NCBI GenBank assembly: GCA_041640455.1
Contig: JBEQAF010000057.1
Location: 1-10,530, forward strand
Source of the DNA: a bacterium
GTDB taxonomy: Bacteria; CALINM01
Length of the DNA: 10,530 nucleotides
Direction: 5' to 3'
Part shown: positions 8,549 to 10,530 of the stretch, one piece after another
Layout: the number at the start of each line of letters is the position of its first letter
Numbering within the stretch: position 1 is the first letter of the stretch
Program-made: the position numbers and the translations under genes
The notes under the pieces: model-generated
Database searches by the model: none
What the model was told of the DNA's origin: nothing
Seen by the model: the letters and a program-made list of their open reading frames with translations, nothing else

Positions 8549-8914
8549 ATGAAAAAGTTTTTAGTATTTTTAATTTTAATAAGCATCCCGGTAAATATTT
8601 ACGCACAGGATAAAAATGAGAAGTTAAAAAATATAAAAGACAGGCTATCAAGTTTTAAGGTCAGCGATATTAAGGTTACAACAGCTGTTGGAGGTGTAAG
8701 GGGGGCGGATGATGAGAAGACCGATGATCTCTACTGGTCTGGAAAGGATACAGTTAAAAAAGAGGAGCTTGAAAGCTTTAAGTCAGCCGTTGGCAGCATA
8801 GAAAAAGGTGAGGACGAAAAGGCAAAAAAAGAGATAGAGATGTTTCTGATAAAATATCCCAATTCAGCACTTGCAAAAGATGCAATGGAGCTTCTTAATA
8901 TACTGGGAAAATAA
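8549..8914 (+). CDS. Small secreted protein with a C-terminal TPR (BamD/CpoB-like 'FLIKYPNS' helix pair), 121 aa
   Basis: AGGAGG RBS (8538-8543) overlaps the upstream TAG. Sec signal MKKFLVFLILISIPVNIYA/QD. Central TTAVGGVRGA motif and EKAKKEIEMFLIKYPNSALAKDAMELL. Confidence 0.8.
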   Translation: MKKFLVFLILISIPVNIYAQDKNEKLKNIKDRLSSFKVSDIKVTTAVGGVRGADDEKTDDLYWSGKDTVKKEELESFKSAVGSIEKGEDEKAKKEIEMFLIKYPNSALAKDAMELLNILGK

Positions 8915-8945
8915 TTAATATTTCAAAATAGTTTTTTTCAAAAAC

Positions 8946-8962
8946 TGCACTTTTTTTGTGCA
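8946..8962. promoter_or_regulatory. Palindrome TGCAC-N7-GTGCA, NtrC-type binding-site geometry
   Basis: TGCACTTTTTTTGTGCA matches the outer 5+5 bp and 17-bp length of the NtrC consensus TGCACCA-N3-TGGTGCA. It lies about 130 nt upstream of a glutamate-synthase-family gene. Confidence 0.5.
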
Positions 8963-9089
8963 AATACCAAAAAACAGAGTTCCAGTTATTACAAAAAGCT
9001 AATTTTTGCATAAAAGTTAGATTAAAAAAGTTATTGATTTTAAAAGAAAATTAGGTTAATTTTAAACAAAAAAAACAAGGAGGAAAGTG

Positions 9090-10530
9090 ATGATTCAATG
9101 GAACAAAACTAACGATGTATTGGGTACCACAAATCGTGGCAATCCTGCCGAGTCTGGTTTATGCACATTATGTAGAGCAGACTGTGCTGGAAAATGTGAG
9201 ACCTGGCTTTCAAGTCTGGTTGGAAGAAAGCTTTTGTATCCGAGAGATTTTGGATATGTGACAGCTGGAAGTGCCAATACTACTGCTATAGGTGTAAACT
9301 ATAACGCCTTAAGAATTCAGGGATACTGCTATGGTTCACAGGGACTACCGAAGGGGCTCTCAAGCTCACCAGATGATTGCATATTTCCGAATGTTTCGCT
9401 GGAGACAGCCTTTGGTAAAAAGGTTAAAACTAAGTCAAGATTGCCTGTTATGACAGGAGCTCTCGGGTCTACATTTGTTGCTGCAAGATACTGGGAGTCA
9501 TTCGCTGCTGGTGCGGCATTGGTTGGCTTTCCTATTGTTGTGGGTGAAAATGTGGTGGGTGTAGATAAAAAGGCTGTTTTTGAAAATGGTAAGGTTAAAA
9601 AATCTCCAGAGCTTGACAGAAGAATTGAAACATTTCTTAAATATTTTGATGGATATGGTGCCATTATTGTCCAGATGAATGTGGAAGATACAAGAAACGG
9701 TGTTGCTGAGTATGTAATGGATAAGTATGGTGATAAGGTAATAATTGAGCTCAAATGGGGACAGGGTGCAAAGGATATAGGTGGTGAAATACAGGTTTCG
9801 GACCTTGAGTATGCATTATTTTTAAAGAAAAGAGGTTATGTGGTTGATCCAGATCCAACACTCCCGGAAGTTCAGGAAGCATTTAAGCATAAAGCAATTA
9901 GATCCTTTGCGAGACACAGCAGACTTGGATATACCGATCTACCTACAGTAGCAGATGTTCAGGAAGCCTTTGAAAAGGAAGTCAAAAGACTGCGTAAACT
10001 GGGTTTTAAGAGGATTACTTTAAAAACCGGTTCTTACGGCATGGAAGCCCTTGCTATGGCAATCAAGTTTGCATCTGATGCAGGTCTTGACCTGTTAACA
10101 ATAGACGGTTCGGGTGGTGGAACAGGAATGAGCCCATGGAATATGATGGAGACATGGGGTGTCCCATCTATACTACTCCATTCAAAAGCCTATGAATATG
10201 CATCAATACTGGCCACTCAGGGAAAAGATGTGGTAGATATGTCCTTTGCAGGAGGTTTTGCAAGAGAGGATCATATTTTTAAAGCCCTCGCATTAGGTGC
10301 GCCATTTACAAAACTGGTATGTATGGGTAGAGCCCCAATGATTCCAGGATTTCTTGGTTCCAATATTGAGGGAGTATTAAAGCCTGAGAGAAGGGCAGAG
10401 GTCAACGGTAACTGGGATAAGCTGCCTGCATCTGTTACAGCGATAGGAGAGAAGGTAGAGGAGATTTTTGCCTCCTATTACGATGTGGAAAAGAAGGTTG
10501 GTAAGAAGGAGATGAAAAACATTCCTTTTG
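9090..10530 (+). CDS. FMN-binding glutamate synthase family protein (stand-alone GltB FMN domain type), 3'-partial; absent from the ORF track
   Basis: AAGGAGG at 9077-9083 and ATG at 9090. I translated 480 codons to the window end with no stop: MIQWNKTNDVLGTTNRGNPAESGLCTLCRADCAGKCETW...TGALGST...IELKWGQGAKDIGGE...LKTG...LTIDGSGGGTGMSP...WGVP...SFAGG...IFKALALGA...MGRAPM. These are the FMN-barrel motifs of glutamate synthase. Confidence 0.9.
   Translation, partial: MIQWNKTNDVLGTTNRGNPAESGLCTLCRADCAGKCETWLSSLVGRKLLYPRDFGYVTAGSANTTAIGVNYNALRIQGYCYGSQGLPKGLSSSPDDCIFPNVSLETAFGKKVKTKSRLPVMTGALGSTFVAARYWESFAAGAALVGFPIVVGENVVGVDKKAVFENGKVKKSPELDRRIETFLKYFDGYGAIIVQMNVEDTRNGVAEYVMDKYGDKVIIELKWGQGAKDIGGEIQVSDLEYALFLKKRGYVVDPDPTLPEVQEAFKHKAIRSFARHSRLGYTDLPTVADVQEAFEKEVKRLRKLGFKRITLKTGSYGMEALAMAIKFASDAGLDLLTIDGSGGGTGMSPWNMMETWGVPSILLHSKAYEYASILATQGKDVVDMSFAGGFAREDHIFKALALGAPFTKLVCMGRAPMIPGFLGSNIEGVLKPERRAEVNGNWDKLPASVTAIGEKVEEIFASYYDVEKKVGKKEMKNIPF

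Noticed and set aside
8915..8965. Rho-independent terminator after the envelope operon
   Set aside because: The T-tract near 8932-8938 has no GC-rich hairpin before it, and the 8946-8962 palindrome has only a 5-bp stem and no + strand U-tract.
8995..9010. Sigma54 promoter
   Set aside because: A -12-like TTGCA is present but the invariant GG at -24 is AA.
259..9754. Minus-strand ORFs (259-579, 2383-2676, 3277-3459, 3949-4161, 4669-4866, 4913-5113, 5169-5363, 7201-7419, 7480-7668, 9095-9277, 9329-9754) and the alternate-frame + ORF 641-853
   Set aside because: All overlap well-supported + strand genes, show no recognisable motifs, and many have the Ser/Phe/Ile-rich composition typical of antisense shadows.
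9867..9972. Short repeat GTTCAGGAAGC (VQEAF twice) in the glutamate-synthase-like gene
   Set aside because: Only two short copies within coding helices; not an array, CRISPR or mobile-element signature.
1..10530. CRISPR arrays, tRNA/rRNA genes, transposases or integrases
   Set aside because: None seen. The window is almost fully protein-coding, with short intergenic gaps lacking such structure.

Overview
AT-rich bacterial window with every supported gene on the + strand. In order: (1) 3' part of a 2-oxoacid (pyruvate):ferredoxin oxidoreductase beta subunit; (2) an mglB-mglA pair (Roadblock GAP plus Ras-like GTPase, very similar to the Myxococcus proteins) with its own sigma70-like promoter; (3) an uncharacterised three-gene cell-envelope operon encoding a TPR + CsgG-like lipoprotein, a ~1452-aa secreted multidomain protein (DUF799-like / Ig / FN3 / beta-helix / transglutaminase-like / TPR) and a small secreted TPR protein; (4) an FMN-binding glutamate-synthase-family gene that runs off the window and is missing from the ORF track, preceded by an NtrC-box-like palindrome. 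Two reading-frame anomalies stand out. The conserved MglB C-terminal helix lies in the -1 frame just behind an in-phase A_AAA_AAG slippery heptamer. The giant secreted gene is split by a single in-frame TAG in mid-domain. Each could be recoding, a real mutation or a sequencing/assembly error, and the sequence alone cannot decide. All domain calls are from motif recognition by eye; no database searches were run.
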